Shown here piece by piece: positions 9,806 to 19,553 of a DNA stretch of 64,000 nt (positions are counted from its first letter, which is position 1; each line of letters begins with the position of its first letter). Location: the NCBI GenBank assembly GCA_003228125.1, contig QGNP01000001.1, positions 67,524 to 131,523 of the forward strand. Direction: 5' to 3'. This stretch comes from Chloroflexota bacterium. GTDB taxonomy: Bacteria > Chloroflexota > Dehalococcoidia > UBA2979. Position numbers and translations under genes: made by a program. The notes under the pieces were generated by a model. It was not told the DNA's origin. It made no database searches and saw only the letters and a list, made by a program, of their open reading frames with translations.

Positions 9806-11335
9806 TTATTGATAAATTATTATTTTTGGCGCTATAGGTAAATTTAAAAGTTCTTCAATAGATAATAATGGTTCATCCCACTCATAAAATAATTTTATTG
9901 TAGGTATTTCTGAATAGTCGCTTAATGAAAATAATTCGTAGTTATTTATCTTGCCTTCTTTTCCTCCAAAACCATCCATATCAATTGCAAGCTCAATATT
10001 TTCATAATTTTTTATTTTTGATGAATTTTGTATCATGAATCTATTAAATTGATGTATCATTAGCGTTTTTTTATAATCTATTCCAAAAATATTAAATTGG
10101 TTTAAGAATTCTTGAGTACTATTTATATGATTTTCATCAATAAATCCTATTACTTTACCAGGTACAGTTTGTTGTTGTTGAGTTGCATATTCAGGATCAA
10201 GCGCAAGGTGCACGTGTTCCATCTTTAAAAAATCTTTTATTATGTTCATTTCACTTAAAATATTTGCCCATCCTATTTGAATATCTAAATAAACAAGAAA
10301 ATTATTTTTTTTAGCTAATTCAACATATTTAGAAAGTAAGTCTCTAGGAATTCTATCTAAGTAAGTACCATCTTCCATTGGCTGATCCTGTGCAACAGCT
10401 ACAATAATATGAAATGCTCCGACTACTTTTAAATCAACTGATAATAATTGCCATTGATTTACTAGTTTATTCATTTCATGCACTAACTTATCTTCATCAT
10501 ATTTTCCTAAAATTCCCAGGCGAGGTTCTTCAGGATATCCATAATAAGAAACAATCCTTGTGTTGGACAGGTTAGGAGGTATTGTAATGGGATCTATAAT
10601 TAATTCAATTTGGAAGTTTCTCTTTGCTACTAATATATAATTTTTCTTATATTGTATATTTTTTAGTAATGGATTATTTTTTGTATTGTGCGTATTCCAA
10701 CTTGACCAAATATTTGTTTTATTATTTTTATACCACAAAGTTGTTTCTTGAATAATTGCTTTTTTAATATCTTCAATAGAAGAATTTTTTTCAAAATTTT
10801 TGATGTATATATTTTCTGTATTAATAATAGTATCAATATTTGTCTGCTTGCCTAACCATGTTAATTCGTTTGGTCCTGTAATTATTGAAATTATACAACT
10901 AATTGTGCCAAGTGTTTTAACATCGCAATCTTTTTTTCCACTTTCTTGATCTTTTTTGCTTGCATTATTTTGTAAGTTTATTTTTTTTTCTACACTCTCG
11001 AGTTTAGAAATTGGCTTAGTATTTTCTTGTATGTTTTTGATAGCTGGTAAGTTATTTTCTTGATTAGAAATAGGCTTTGCTTTAGGAGAGATTGTTTGCT
11101 TTGACTCATATTCTTTTTTTACGCTTATCTTATTTGCTAATTCTCCGCTGTTTTTAATTTTAATTGCTGGTAGTTTTGTTGTTTCATGGTTAATAGTGGT
11201 ATTTTGTTTAAATATTATTGATGGTTGCGTAAGAATAATTAAAATAAAAAATAGTAGTAGCGATAGCGGCAATATATACCATAAAGGCTTATTAGGTTTT
11301 TTTAAATTGATATTCCATTTATTGAAAATTAACAA
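9806..11335 (-). CDS. hypothetical membrane-anchored protein (N-terminal TM, long low-complexity linker, C-terminal globular domain of unknown function)
   Basis: 509 aa. One N-terminal hydrophobic helix (ILPLSLLLFFILIIL). About 120 aa of K/N/S/Q/E/I-rich low complexity with repeated 'NLPAIK…KPIS' units. C-terminal about 300 aa is globular with no family I can name confidently; a TIM-barrel hydrolase-like domain is possible. Confidence 0.5.
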   Translation of the reverse strand: MLIFNKWNINLKKPNKPLWYILPLSLLLFFILIILTQPSIIFKQNTTINHETTKLPAIKIKNSGELANKISVKKEYESKQTISPKAKPISNQENNLPAIKNIQENTKPISKLESVEKKINLQNNASKKDQESGKKDCDVKTLGTISCIISIITGPNELTWLGKQTNIDTIINTENIYIKNFEKNSSIEDIKKAIIQETTLWYKNNKTNIWSSWNTHNTKNNPLLKNIQYKKNYILVAKRNFQIELIIDPITIPPNLSNTRIVSYYGYPEEPRLGILGKYDEDKLVHEMNKLVNQWQLLSVDLKVVGAFHIIVAVAQDQPMEDGTYLDRIPRDLLSKYVELAKKNNFLVYLDIQIGWANILSEMNIIKDFLKMEHVHLALDPEYATQQQQTVPGKVIGFIDENHINSTQEFLNQFNIFGIDYKKTLMIHQFNRFMIQNSSKIKNYENIELAIDMDGFGGKEGKINNYELFSLSDYSEIPTIKLFYEWDEPLLSIEELLNLPIAPKIIIYQ

Positions 11336-11338
11336 TTT

Positions 11339-12565
11339 TTATCCTCGTGGTAAACCTAGTCCCCGTGTTGCAATAACATTTCTTTGTATTTCAGAACTAC
11401 CACCAGCAATTGTTCCTGGAACACCTGCAACCCAACCTTGAGTAAATTCTGCTCTTAAAGGAGATCTTTTATCTTTTTCATTCCATAAATTAGAATATAA
11501 ACCGAACACTTTAGTGCCTAAGTTATCTAACCGTCTTGTTGCTTCTGAACCAAATAATTTTGAAATTGATGCTTCATAGTTAGGTACTTGCCCATTGCTT
11601 TGCATGCTAATGATTCTTAAAGAAAAATTAAACATAACATTAGCATCTACAAAAGCACTCGCCACATCTTGTCTAATACCATCATAATTTTTAATTCTTG
11701 ACTTTAATTTTCCCTCATCAGTATCAATAAATTGTATCATGCGATTGATTATTTTTTGCTGCCTGATAGCACCTTCAATGTTTGACCTTTCATTGTCTAG
11801 TAAAGTCATGCCTACATACCAACCTCGATTTTCTTCACCTACTATTTGGCTAGAAGATATTCTAACATCTTCAAAAAAATCTTCGTTTACTTCATGCCCC
11901 CAACTCATATCATAAATTGGATTTACTGTAATTCCAGGAGACTTAATGTCAGCTAATAAGAAAGAAATTCCTCTATGCTTTGGCGCATCTGTATCTGTTC
12001 TTGTAAGTAAAAGTATCCAATCTGCATAGTGTCCATGAGTTGTCCATGTTTTTTGTCCATTGATAACATACTCATCACCATCTTTAATAGCTCTTGTTTG
12101 TAGTGAAGCTAGATCCGAACCGGCTCCAGGCTCAGAAAATCCTTGGCACCATACAACTTCTCCTTTAAGTATTGGAGGTAAAAATTCACTCTTTTGTTTG
12201 TCAGTTCCATGAACTATTAATGCTGGCCCAAGCATGCCTAATCCAACATTACTGCCCACTCCTGGTGCATTTGCCATTGCTAGTTCTTGTTTTAAAATAA
12301 ATTGTTCCATTGTACTTAATCCACCACCACCATATTCTTTTGGCCAATGTGGAGCAACCCAAGATCTATCGGAAAACTCTTTAAACCAATTTTTTGCATC
12401 ATTTATATCGTCTTGATTACTTGAAATCCTGTCTCTGGCCCATTGAGTGTATGAGCGAGTCCACCTACCTTTTGACATTTCTTTGTATCTTGATGGCAGT
12501 TTTTTTATCAGTGATTTAACTTCAACTCTAAAATTTGATTGATCAGCACTATCTTTCCAATCCAT
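11339..12565 (-). CDS. acyl-CoA dehydrogenase family protein
   Basis: 408 aa. Has 'GFSEPGAGSDLASLQTRA' (ACAD middle-domain signature) and a C-terminal helical domain with the catalytic region. Confidence 0.8.
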   Translation of the reverse strand: MDWKDSADQSNFRVEVKSLIKKLPSRYKEMSKGRWTRSYTQWARDRISSNQDDINDAKNWFKEFSDRSWVAPHWPKEYGGGGLSTMEQFILKQELAMANAPGVGSNVGLGMLGPALIVHGTDKQKSEFLPPILKGEVVWCQGFSEPGAGSDLASLQTRAIKDGDEYVINGQKTWTTHGHYADWILLLTRTDTDAPKHRGISFLLADIKSPGITVNPIYDMSWGHEVNEDFFEDVRISSSQIVGEENRGWYVGMTLLDNERSNIEGAIRQQKIINRMIQFIDTDEGKLKSRIKNYDGIRQDVASAFVDANVMFNFSLRIISMQSNGQVPNYEASISKLFGSEATRRLDNLGTKVFGLYSNLWNEKDKRSPLRAEFTQGWVAGVPGTIAGGSSEIQRNVIATRGLGLPRG

Positions 12566-12698
12566 TCGAAGCTCCTATAAATATTTAATATAATGATGAA
12601 TTGAGTATATTCTATCAATTTTTTTACTATTTTGGTTGTGAATCGATGTATAATTTTTAATAAATATTTAAACTTTTAAGTAAATATTAAGTAAATAA

Positions 12699-13817
12699 AT
12701 GAATAAGCCTGAAAAAAGAAGTTTTAAAAATAAATTAGCACTGGGAATTTTTGCTCAGAATTGTTCGAGCGGATATACAATAACAAAATCAGCTGACAGG
12801 TGGGTTCCATCTTGGGAAAACAACTTAGCTTTAGCACAAAAAGCTGACAAAATAGGCATTGATTTTTTACTTTCTATTGCTAGATGGCGGGGATTTGGTG
12901 GTCAAACTGATCCCCATGGTAGTAATTTAGAGACATTTACATGGGCCACAGGTTTATTAGCATCAACTAAGAATATCAATATTTTTTCTACAGTACACCT
13001 TCCGCTTATTAATCCAGTTTATGCTTCCAAAATTATGGTAACTGCGAATCATATTGGCAATGGAAGATTTGGATTGAATGCTGTTTGTGGTTGGAATACC
13101 GTAGAATTTAATATGCATGGCGTAGATTTTAATGATCATACAAGAAGATACGATCATGGAGAAGAATGGATGACAGTTGTAAATAAAATTTGGGATTCTA
13201 ATGATAATTTTGATTATGCTGGAGATTTTTTTAATTTAAAAAATGTTGGGTTACAGCCAAAGCCATTATTAGATGTTAAGCCATTAATTATGAATGCAGG
13301 TAGATCAGATAGAGGCTTAGATTTTGCTGTAAAATTTGCTGATTATATTTTCTTAGGTTTACGTGATTTATCAAGTGAATTAGTTGCTAAAGATGTAGGG
13401 TTACTAAAAAAACATGCTCAAAAAAGTGGCAGAAATCATTTAGGGATATGCACAAATATTTTTATTGTATGCAAACCAACTCAAAAAGAAGCCGAAAATT
13501 TTTATTATGAGTTTGCAATTGAAAATGCTGATCATGAGGCAATTAATAATTTGATGGCAGAGCGTGGCATTGATAAGTTGCCTGATAAATTCCAAGAGGC
13601 TTTTAAAATACGTGCTGCTGCAGGCCATGGAGCACCTAACATTGTTGGCGATCCAGATTTCGTAACTCAGGAAATTATAAGACTTCATGAATTGGGTATT
13701 GACGGTTTTGCAATAGGTTTATTTAACTATATAGATGATTTGGATTTTTTGTCTCAAACAGTGATACCTCAATTAGAGTCACTTGGTTATAGGAAAAGTA
13801 TCTCAAAGGCAGATTAA
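12699..13817 (+). CDS. LLM-class (luciferase-like) flavin-dependent oxidoreductase
   Basis: 372 aa. Bacterial luciferase-like TIM-barrel pattern (…FLLSIARWRGFGG…, …LNAVCGWN…). Cofactor (FMN versus F420) cannot be told from sequence here. Confidence 0.65.
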   Translation: MNKPEKRSFKNKLALGIFAQNCSSGYTITKSADRWVPSWENNLALAQKADKIGIDFLLSIARWRGFGGQTDPHGSNLETFTWATGLLASTKNINIFSTVHLPLINPVYASKIMVTANHIGNGRFGLNAVCGWNTVEFNMHGVDFNDHTRRYDHGEEWMTVVNKIWDSNDNFDYAGDFFNLKNVGLQPKPLLDVKPLIMNAGRSDRGLDFAVKFADYIFLGLRDLSSELVAKDVGLLKKHAQKSGRNHLGICTNIFIVCKPTQKEAENFYYEFAIENADHEAINNLMAERGIDKLPDKFQEAFKIRAAAGHGAPNIVGDPDFVTQEIIRLHELGIDGFAIGLFNYIDDLDFLSQTVIPQLESLGYRKSISKAD

Positions 13818-13820
13818 TAA

Positions 13821-15365
13821 ATGAGTAGTAATAAATTTTGTGAAATTTTAATTGTTGGTGCTGGAACCTCTGGGAGTGTTGTTGCAACCAGATTAGCCCA
13901 AGCAGGATTCAATGTTACTTTAATAGAAGCAGGACCAGATTTTGGTCCTCAAAAAGAAAATCGATGGCCTTCAGAAATTGTCGATGACAAATTTGTTGGA
14001 GAAGAAACTGATTTTGACTGGGGTTACACAGCCAAGCTAGGCTCAAAAGAAATAAGATATTTGAGGGGTAAGATAGTCGGAGGCTCATCTGCAATAAATG
14101 CATCAGGAATCAATTGGGGCTTAAAAAATGACTATGATGAGTGGAAGAAATTGGGTCTAACTAATTGGGATTTTGATTCAATGCTTCCATTTTTTAAAAA
14201 AGTTGAAAATTTGAAAGATCGTAATTATTCAGATATTAGTAGAGGAACATCTGGAGAACTTCAAGTTAGTAGGCAAAAAGCTGAAGGAGCTTATTTCAAG
14301 TCTTTTATAGAAACTTGTAAAAATAGAGGCTATAATTTTATAGATGCAACTGGTCCAGATTCTTCAGAAGGATATGGTTTCGTCACTCGTAATTCTGTTA
14401 ATGGCAAACGTGAACATCCTTCAAAAGTGTACCTTGATCAGGTACGAGGCCTTAAGAATTTTTCGATTATTGCTAACTGTGAAGTAATACGAATCATTTG
14501 GAAAAATAAAAAGGCTCAAGCAGTTGAAGCTTTACATAACAATAAAAGAATTGTTATTAATACTGACCATTTAATTCTTTGTTCTGGCTCAGTAGGATCT
14601 CCGACTCTTTTGCAACGTTCTGGTATTGGTCCTTATGAGTTATTAAAAGAATTAGACTTTCTTACATCGGAATCAAAAATTATTGATGGGGTTGGTAAAA
14701 ATTTACAAGATCACTTTGGCATTCGTTTTTCATATTTGCCATCTAAATATGGAATGCAAAATATCGATTGGGGGCAATCTGAATCTATGCGGATTAGATT
14801 AAAAGAAAAAAGTGAAGACGTGGGTCATAATCTAACTCTTAGTTCATTTGTTGGCTCCCATATAAAAAATAATGAAGAATTAGCGAGTCATGCTAACAGA
14901 ATTCAGTTTGTTACATGGCTTGTTAAGCCAATAAGTGTTGGCTATTTAAAAATTGCTTCTACTAATTATCAGATAGATCCTGTTATTAACTTTCAATTTA
15001 ATAATGAACAAGATATTGAGAGTTTGCTATTTGCATTAAAATTTGCAAAAAAATTTATTTCTGAGGAACCAATAAAAAAATGGATTGATCAATCTTCAGG
15101 CCTTCAAAATATAGCAAATAAGAAAGATATCATTAATTGGATTAATGATAACCTGTCTTATTATTATCATATGGTAGGAACTTGCAGAATGGGCAATGAG
15201 CTAGATGATGGATCTGTAGTCAATGAAAGAGGGTTAGTCCATGGTTTTGACAATATGTATATTTTTGATGCATCGATTATGCCTCAAATTCCAAGAGGAA
15301 TGTTAAATTTAACTGTTTTTACTATTGCAGAAAAAATGGCAAAACATTTTATAGAAAAATATTAG
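13821..15365 (+). CDS. GMC family FAD-dependent oxidoreductase (choline dehydrogenase-like)
   Basis: 514 aa. N-terminal 'ILIVGAGTSGSVVATRLAQAGFNVTLIEAG' FAD-binding fold. 'GGSSAINA' is GMC signature 1. C-terminal 'YHMVGTCRMG' is the GMC active-site region. Confidence 0.85.
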   Translation: MSSNKFCEILIVGAGTSGSVVATRLAQAGFNVTLIEAGPDFGPQKENRWPSEIVDDKFVGEETDFDWGYTAKLGSKEIRYLRGKIVGGSSAINASGINWGLKNDYDEWKKLGLTNWDFDSMLPFFKKVENLKDRNYSDISRGTSGELQVSRQKAEGAYFKSFIETCKNRGYNFIDATGPDSSEGYGFVTRNSVNGKREHPSKVYLDQVRGLKNFSIIANCEVIRIIWKNKKAQAVEALHNNKRIVINTDHLILCSGSVGSPTLLQRSGIGPYELLKELDFLTSESKIIDGVGKNLQDHFGIRFSYLPSKYGMQNIDWGQSESMRIRLKEKSEDVGHNLTLSSFVGSHIKNNEELASHANRIQFVTWLVKPISVGYLKIASTNYQIDPVINFQFNNEQDIESLLFALKFAKKFISEEPIKKWIDQSSGLQNIANKKDIINWINDNLSYYYHMVGTCRMGNELDDGSVVNERGLVHGFDNMYIFDASIMPQIPRGMLNLTVFTIAEKMAKHFIEKY

Positions 15366-15379
15366 CATTTGATTATAGA

Positions 15380-16117
15380 CTAGATTGCTGTATATCCACC
15401 ATCAACTAGTAAATCTGATCCAGTGATAAATGAAGCATCAGACGATGCTAAAAATAGTACTGATTTGGCAATTTCATCTGGCCTACCTAGTCGCCTGAGA
15501 ATATGTTTTTTTTCCAAAAAATCTTTAGCGGCTTCAATGCTTCCATATCCATCCACTAATAGAGGCGTTTCTATTGCGCCCGGCGACAAGCTATTTACTC
15601 GGATTCCATGCCTTGCATGATCTAGTGCTAATGCTTTTGATAAATGAATGATAGCTGCTTTTGTTGTACAGTATCCTAACGATTTTGCAGTGACTACTTG
15701 TCCTAGTTGAGATGCTATGTTGATAATGTTCCCTTGCTTATTCTTGATCATGTGCGGAATTACAGTTTTGCAAAATAAGAATGTTCCATTTAAGTTCACA
15801 TCTATACTTTTATTCCAGCTTTCAACTGAAAGTTCTGTAATATCTGCTACATCGCCCATAGTAACTGCATTATTTACAAGGATATCTATTTTATTAAATT
15901 TATCAATTGTTAAATTAACCACACGCTTAATATCATTATGTGATGAAATATCACATTGAATTTTGAGTGCATTCTGCAATTCTTTTTCTTTATTGTCAGT
16001 ATGAATATCTGCAATAACAACTTGTGCGCCTTGAGAAATGAATTCTTTAGCAATTGAAGATCCAATACCTCTGTTGCCTCCTGTAATTATTGCAATTTTA
16101 TTTTCTAATTTTTTCAT
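15380..16117 (-). CDS. SDR family NAD(P)-dependent oxidoreductase
   Basis: 245 aa. 'ITGGNRGIGSSIA' (TGxxxGxG), 'NNAV' and the 'YCTTKAA' (YxxxK) catalytic motif. Confidence 0.85.
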   Translation of the reverse strand: MKKLENKIAIITGGNRGIGSSIAKEFISQGAQVVIADIHTDNKEKELQNALKIQCDISSHNDIKRVVNLTIDKFNKIDILVNNAVTMGDVADITELSVESWNKSIDVNLNGTFLFCKTVIPHMIKNKQGNIINIASQLGQVVTAKSLGYCTTKAAIIHLSKALALDHARHGIRVNSLSPGAIETPLLVDGYGSIEAAKDFLEKKHILRRLGRPDEIAKSVLFLASSDASFITGSDLLVDGGYTAI

Positions 16118-16145
16118 ATTCCAACCTTATTTGTATTTTACTTAT

Positions 16146-16943
16146 TTAATCTATCATTTCCTGATTACTTTTTTCCTCACTTTTTTGCCAAATGTAGAAA
16201 ATAATACCAAGCCATGCCAATAAAATTGGTGTAGATCCTGCCCACATAATTAAACCAGCTATTTCTTGATCTGCCAAAGGACTTAATGAACTAATAGGTA
16301 CTGCAAATTCATAGGTTGCATATATAGGATATTTATTAAAGACAAAAAATGCCCCTGGTATTGCTGGGAGTATTGATAAAGCAAATATATAAAAGATTCT
16401 GAGTGGGTATGGAATAAAATTATTTTTATTAAATTGGGGATCGATCCATAGCCAAAATAGAAGTGCCGAACTCATCCAAATGAAATCTATAATCATTGTT
16501 CCAATTTGTGAATTTTTTAAGATATCAGCAGTATAAGGAATATGGGTAATTATTAAGGAAAAATTAATGATAAAAAATGGTAAAAAAGAGTTTTGTAATA
16601 AAAATTTAATTTTCGAATTGCATATTTTTTTATAAATCTTGTCAGGTAATGATATTATAATTAAAGGTGCTGCAATAAATGTATATACTAGATATTGTAA
16701 AACATGTACATACAATAAATATCCTGCACCTATGGGTCCAATAGGCCAATCAGTAAAAATCCAAAAAAGAATTATTCCTGCAATAAAATATAATGTTTTT
16801 TTATTTTTACGATTATTTTTATCAACGCTCTGAAAATAACTAAAAGACACAATAGCTATTAAAATCCATATTCCAGGATAAAAGATTGGATTCCAATTCC
16901 AGTTAGTATCTGAGATACCTGAGCACCACCATGAAAGATTCAT
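16146..16943 (-). CDS. polytopic membrane protein, cytochrome oxidase assembly factor CtaG-like / CopD-like (tentative)
   Basis: 265 aa, very hydrophobic and W/F/Y-rich with about 7 predicted helices. Lies immediately upstream of, and is co-directional with, SCO1/SenC. The family assignment rests on genomic context plus general topology only. Confidence 0.3.
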   Translation of the reverse strand: MNLSWWCSGISDTNWNWNPIFYPGIWILIAIVSFSYFQSVDKNNRKNKKTLYFIAGIILFWIFTDWPIGPIGAGYLLYVHVLQYLVYTFIAAPLIIISLPDKIYKKICNSKIKFLLQNSFLPFFIINFSLIITHIPYTADILKNSQIGTMIIDFIWMSSALLFWLWIDPQFNKNNFIPYPLRIFYIFALSILPAIPGAFFVFNKYPIYATYEFAVPISSLSPLADQEIAGLIMWAGSTPILLAWLGIIFYIWQKSEEKSNQEMID

Positions 16944-16965
16944 TTTTTCTCCAAAATAATGAAAA

Positions 16966-17652
16966 TTATTTTTTTATTTTCCATTCATTATTATTTAGAA
17001 GCTTTAAATCTTGAACCCACTCTCGTTGAGTAATGCCTATTGGATAGATAAAATGTGCAATATTATCATCAGTAAATACTGTTATCCAAGTAGCGTGACT
17101 GACTGCATAATTGGAGTTATTGTCTTCATTTTTTTCAAGTACAGCTGGGGGTATGTTTAATTCATTTTGAAATTTTATTAAATTTTCTGGCGTACCAGTT
17201 AATCCTATAAAATCTTTATTAAAACTTTGAGCCCAATTCGTAATTTTTTTGTTGTCTCTTTCAGGATCTGTTGAAATAAAGATTACTTTTGTTTTTCTTT
17301 GCATATCAATTGGTAGATTACTGTATGCGCCTGCCAATACGCTCATATGTAGCGGGCATATGTCTGGACAACTTGTATATCCAAGAGCAATTAAAGTGAG
17401 GTGATTGCGAGTGTCTTGTTCTAAAGAAAAGATATTTCCTTTGCTATCAAAAAGTTCTACGTTATTTTTTATTAATGGCTTTTGGAGAAGCCTGCCTTGT
17501 AGGTTATGATTTTTCTGTTCTATTTTTCCAAAATTTTGACTGTTATTATTGCAACTAATTAATCCGCTAGTAATGGTAAGCGATAAACTTATTATTAAAA
17601 GGAATGATTTTATTTGCTTTGATATTATTGATGCTTTGTTACAAAGCATCAT
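16966..17652 (-). CDS. SCO1/SenC family copper chaperone (thioredoxin-like)
   Basis: 228 aa. N-terminal signal/lipoprotein-like segment (…TITSGLISCNN). 'GYTSCPDICP' is the CxxxC copper-binding motif. Conserved His downstream. Confidence 0.8.
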   Translation of the reverse strand: MMLCNKASIISKQIKSFLLIISLSLTITSGLISCNNNSQNFGKIEQKNHNLQGRLLQKPLIKNNVELFDSKGNIFSLEQDTRNHLTLIALGYTSCPDICPLHMSVLAGAYSNLPIDMQRKTKVIFISTDPERDNKKITNWAQSFNKDFIGLTGTPENLIKFQNELNIPPAVLEKNEDNNSNYAVSHATWITVFTDDNIAHFIYPIGITQREWVQDLKLLNNNEWKIKK

Positions 17653-19483
17653 TCATTAAATTCACTATTCGTTTTGAGAAATTACCTAGGTTAGATAATT
17701 TCTCTCCTTCAATTAATTTTGCTTGGTCTAAAAGTAAAAAAGCCAAATCATCTATATTTTTTTTAGAGGTTTTTTTTTGTATTTGCTTTTGCATTTTTTG
17801 AATTAATTCATGTGAAGGATTAATTTCAAGCACTCTTTGGAATTCTTGATTTAATTGGCCTCTTTCTCTAAGCATATTGGCAATGTTTATATCTAAATCG
17901 CCATCATCTGAAATAATACATGCAGGACTATCTGATAATCGAGATGATATACGAACATCTTTAACATCTTCAATTAGTTTTTCTTTTAACCATTCAATCA
18001 GTTCTGTTACGTCATCTTCATTGCCCTCTTGTGTTTTTTTATTCTTGCTTGGTAATCCAATGTCGCCATGTGTGACGGATTTAAACGTAAAGTCTTCAAA
18101 TTGACTTGCAACTGGTATCCAAACTTCATCAACAGGATCAGTCATGAGTATTACATCCATTTTATTTATCTTTAAAGATTCTAGATGTGGACTATTTTTT
18201 AGTTCTTCAATATCTTGACCAGATAGGTAATAGATATGTTTCTGTTTTTTAGGCATTTTTGCTACATATTGATGCAAGCTAATGCTTTTTGTGTTATTTA
18301 ATGAAGAGAATCGAGCTAAATTCAATATTTTATCTCTTTGATCACTGTCTGTATAAATTCCTTCTTTAAGCACTGGACCAAAATTTTTCCAAAATGTTTG
18401 ATATTTATCTGGCTCTTTTTCAGCAATTTTTGATAATTCTTTAAGAATTTGATTTACAATTCTTTTATTTATCCTACTTATCATTGGGTTAAATTGTAAT
18501 GTTTCTCTGCTAACATTTAGAGCTAAATCTTCTGAATCAATGATTCCATAAAGAAAGCGTAAGTAGTTGGGTACTAGTTCTTCAATATCGTCGCTTATAA
18601 AAACTCGTTTTACATGTAGTTTTAATTTATGACGTGTATCTGGCATAAATAAGTCAAAAGGAGGAGTAGAAGGAATATAAATTAAACCAATATAACTTAA
18701 TTTTCCTTCTGCTTGAAAATGAATAGTTTGGAATGGTTCATCAAATTGATTACTAATATTTCGATAAAGTTCTATATATTGTTCATTGGTGATGTCTTTT
18801 TTTTGCCTTGCCCATAAAGCCATTCCTGTATTAATCTGTTCGCTATTTTTGCCATCATTAAAAAAGATTGGTAAGTTTAAATGATCAGAGTATTTATGTA
18901 TTATTGGTTTTAAAGCATCAATAGTAGAAAATTCTTTAGATTCACTATTAAGAGAAATTACTATTTTAGTTCCTCGATTAGGTGATTCATTGGTCGAACT
19001 AAGTGAAAATTTTTCAGCTCCAGATGAAGCCCATAACCAGCCTGTTTTTGATCCTGCTTTTGTACTGTATACTTGCACTTTATCTGCTACCATAAAAACT
19101 GAATAAAATCCTACTCCAAATTGACCAATTAATTGCGAACTATCGCTATTTTTTTCTGTTATTTTTTCAAGGAAGTTAGCAGTGCCAGACTTAGCTATCG
19201 TACCTAAATTATCAATTAATTCTTTTTTAGTCATTCCAATACCGTTGTCTTCAATGATAATCTGACTATTTATTTTATCTGTTTTTATGGATACTTTTAA
19301 TTCGGTGTCTGAATCTAAAAGTTTTGAATTTGTTAATGCTGAATATCTTAGTTTATCGCATGCATCAGATGCATTTGAAATTAGTTCTCTTAAAAATATT
19401 TTTTTGTCTTTATATAACGAATGAGTAACGAGCTTTAGTATTTTTCCTACTTCAGCCTGGAAAGAAATGTTTTCAGTTGACAT
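17639..19483 (-). CDS. htpG: molecular chaperone HtpG (Hsp90)
   Basis: 614 aa. 'ELISNASDACDKLRY' is the GHKL ATPase N-box. 'IGQFGVGFYS' G2 box. Full Hsp90 middle and C-terminal domains. Confidence 0.95.
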   Translation of the reverse strand: MSTENISFQAEVGKILKLVTHSLYKDKKIFLRELISNASDACDKLRYSALTNSKLLDSDTELKVSIKTDKINSQIIIEDNGIGMTKKELIDNLGTIAKSGTANFLEKITEKNSDSSQLIGQFGVGFYSVFMVADKVQVYSTKAGSKTGWLWASSGAEKFSLSSTNESPNRGTKIVISLNSESKEFSTIDALKPIIHKYSDHLNLPIFFNDGKNSEQINTGMALWARQKKDITNEQYIELYRNISNQFDEPFQTIHFQAEGKLSYIGLIYIPSTPPFDLFMPDTRHKLKLHVKRVFISDDIEELVPNYLRFLYGIIDSEDLALNVSRETLQFNPMISRINKRIVNQILKELSKIAEKEPDKYQTFWKNFGPVLKEGIYTDSDQRDKILNLARFSSLNNTKSISLHQYVAKMPKKQKHIYYLSGQDIEELKNSPHLESLKINKMDVILMTDPVDEVWIPVASQFEDFTFKSVTHGDIGLPSKNKKTQEGNEDDVTELIEWLKEKLIEDVKDVRISSRLSDSPACIISDDGDLDINIANMLRERGQLNQEFQRVLEINPSHELIQKMQKQIQKKTSKKNIDDLAFLLLDQAKLIEGEKLSNLGNFSKRIVNLMNDAL

Positions 19484-19553
19484 ATTTGCACCTATATAAT
19501 TGATCTCGTAAGAATAATCTGGGAAAATTACTTACGAGATCAATTATAGATAT

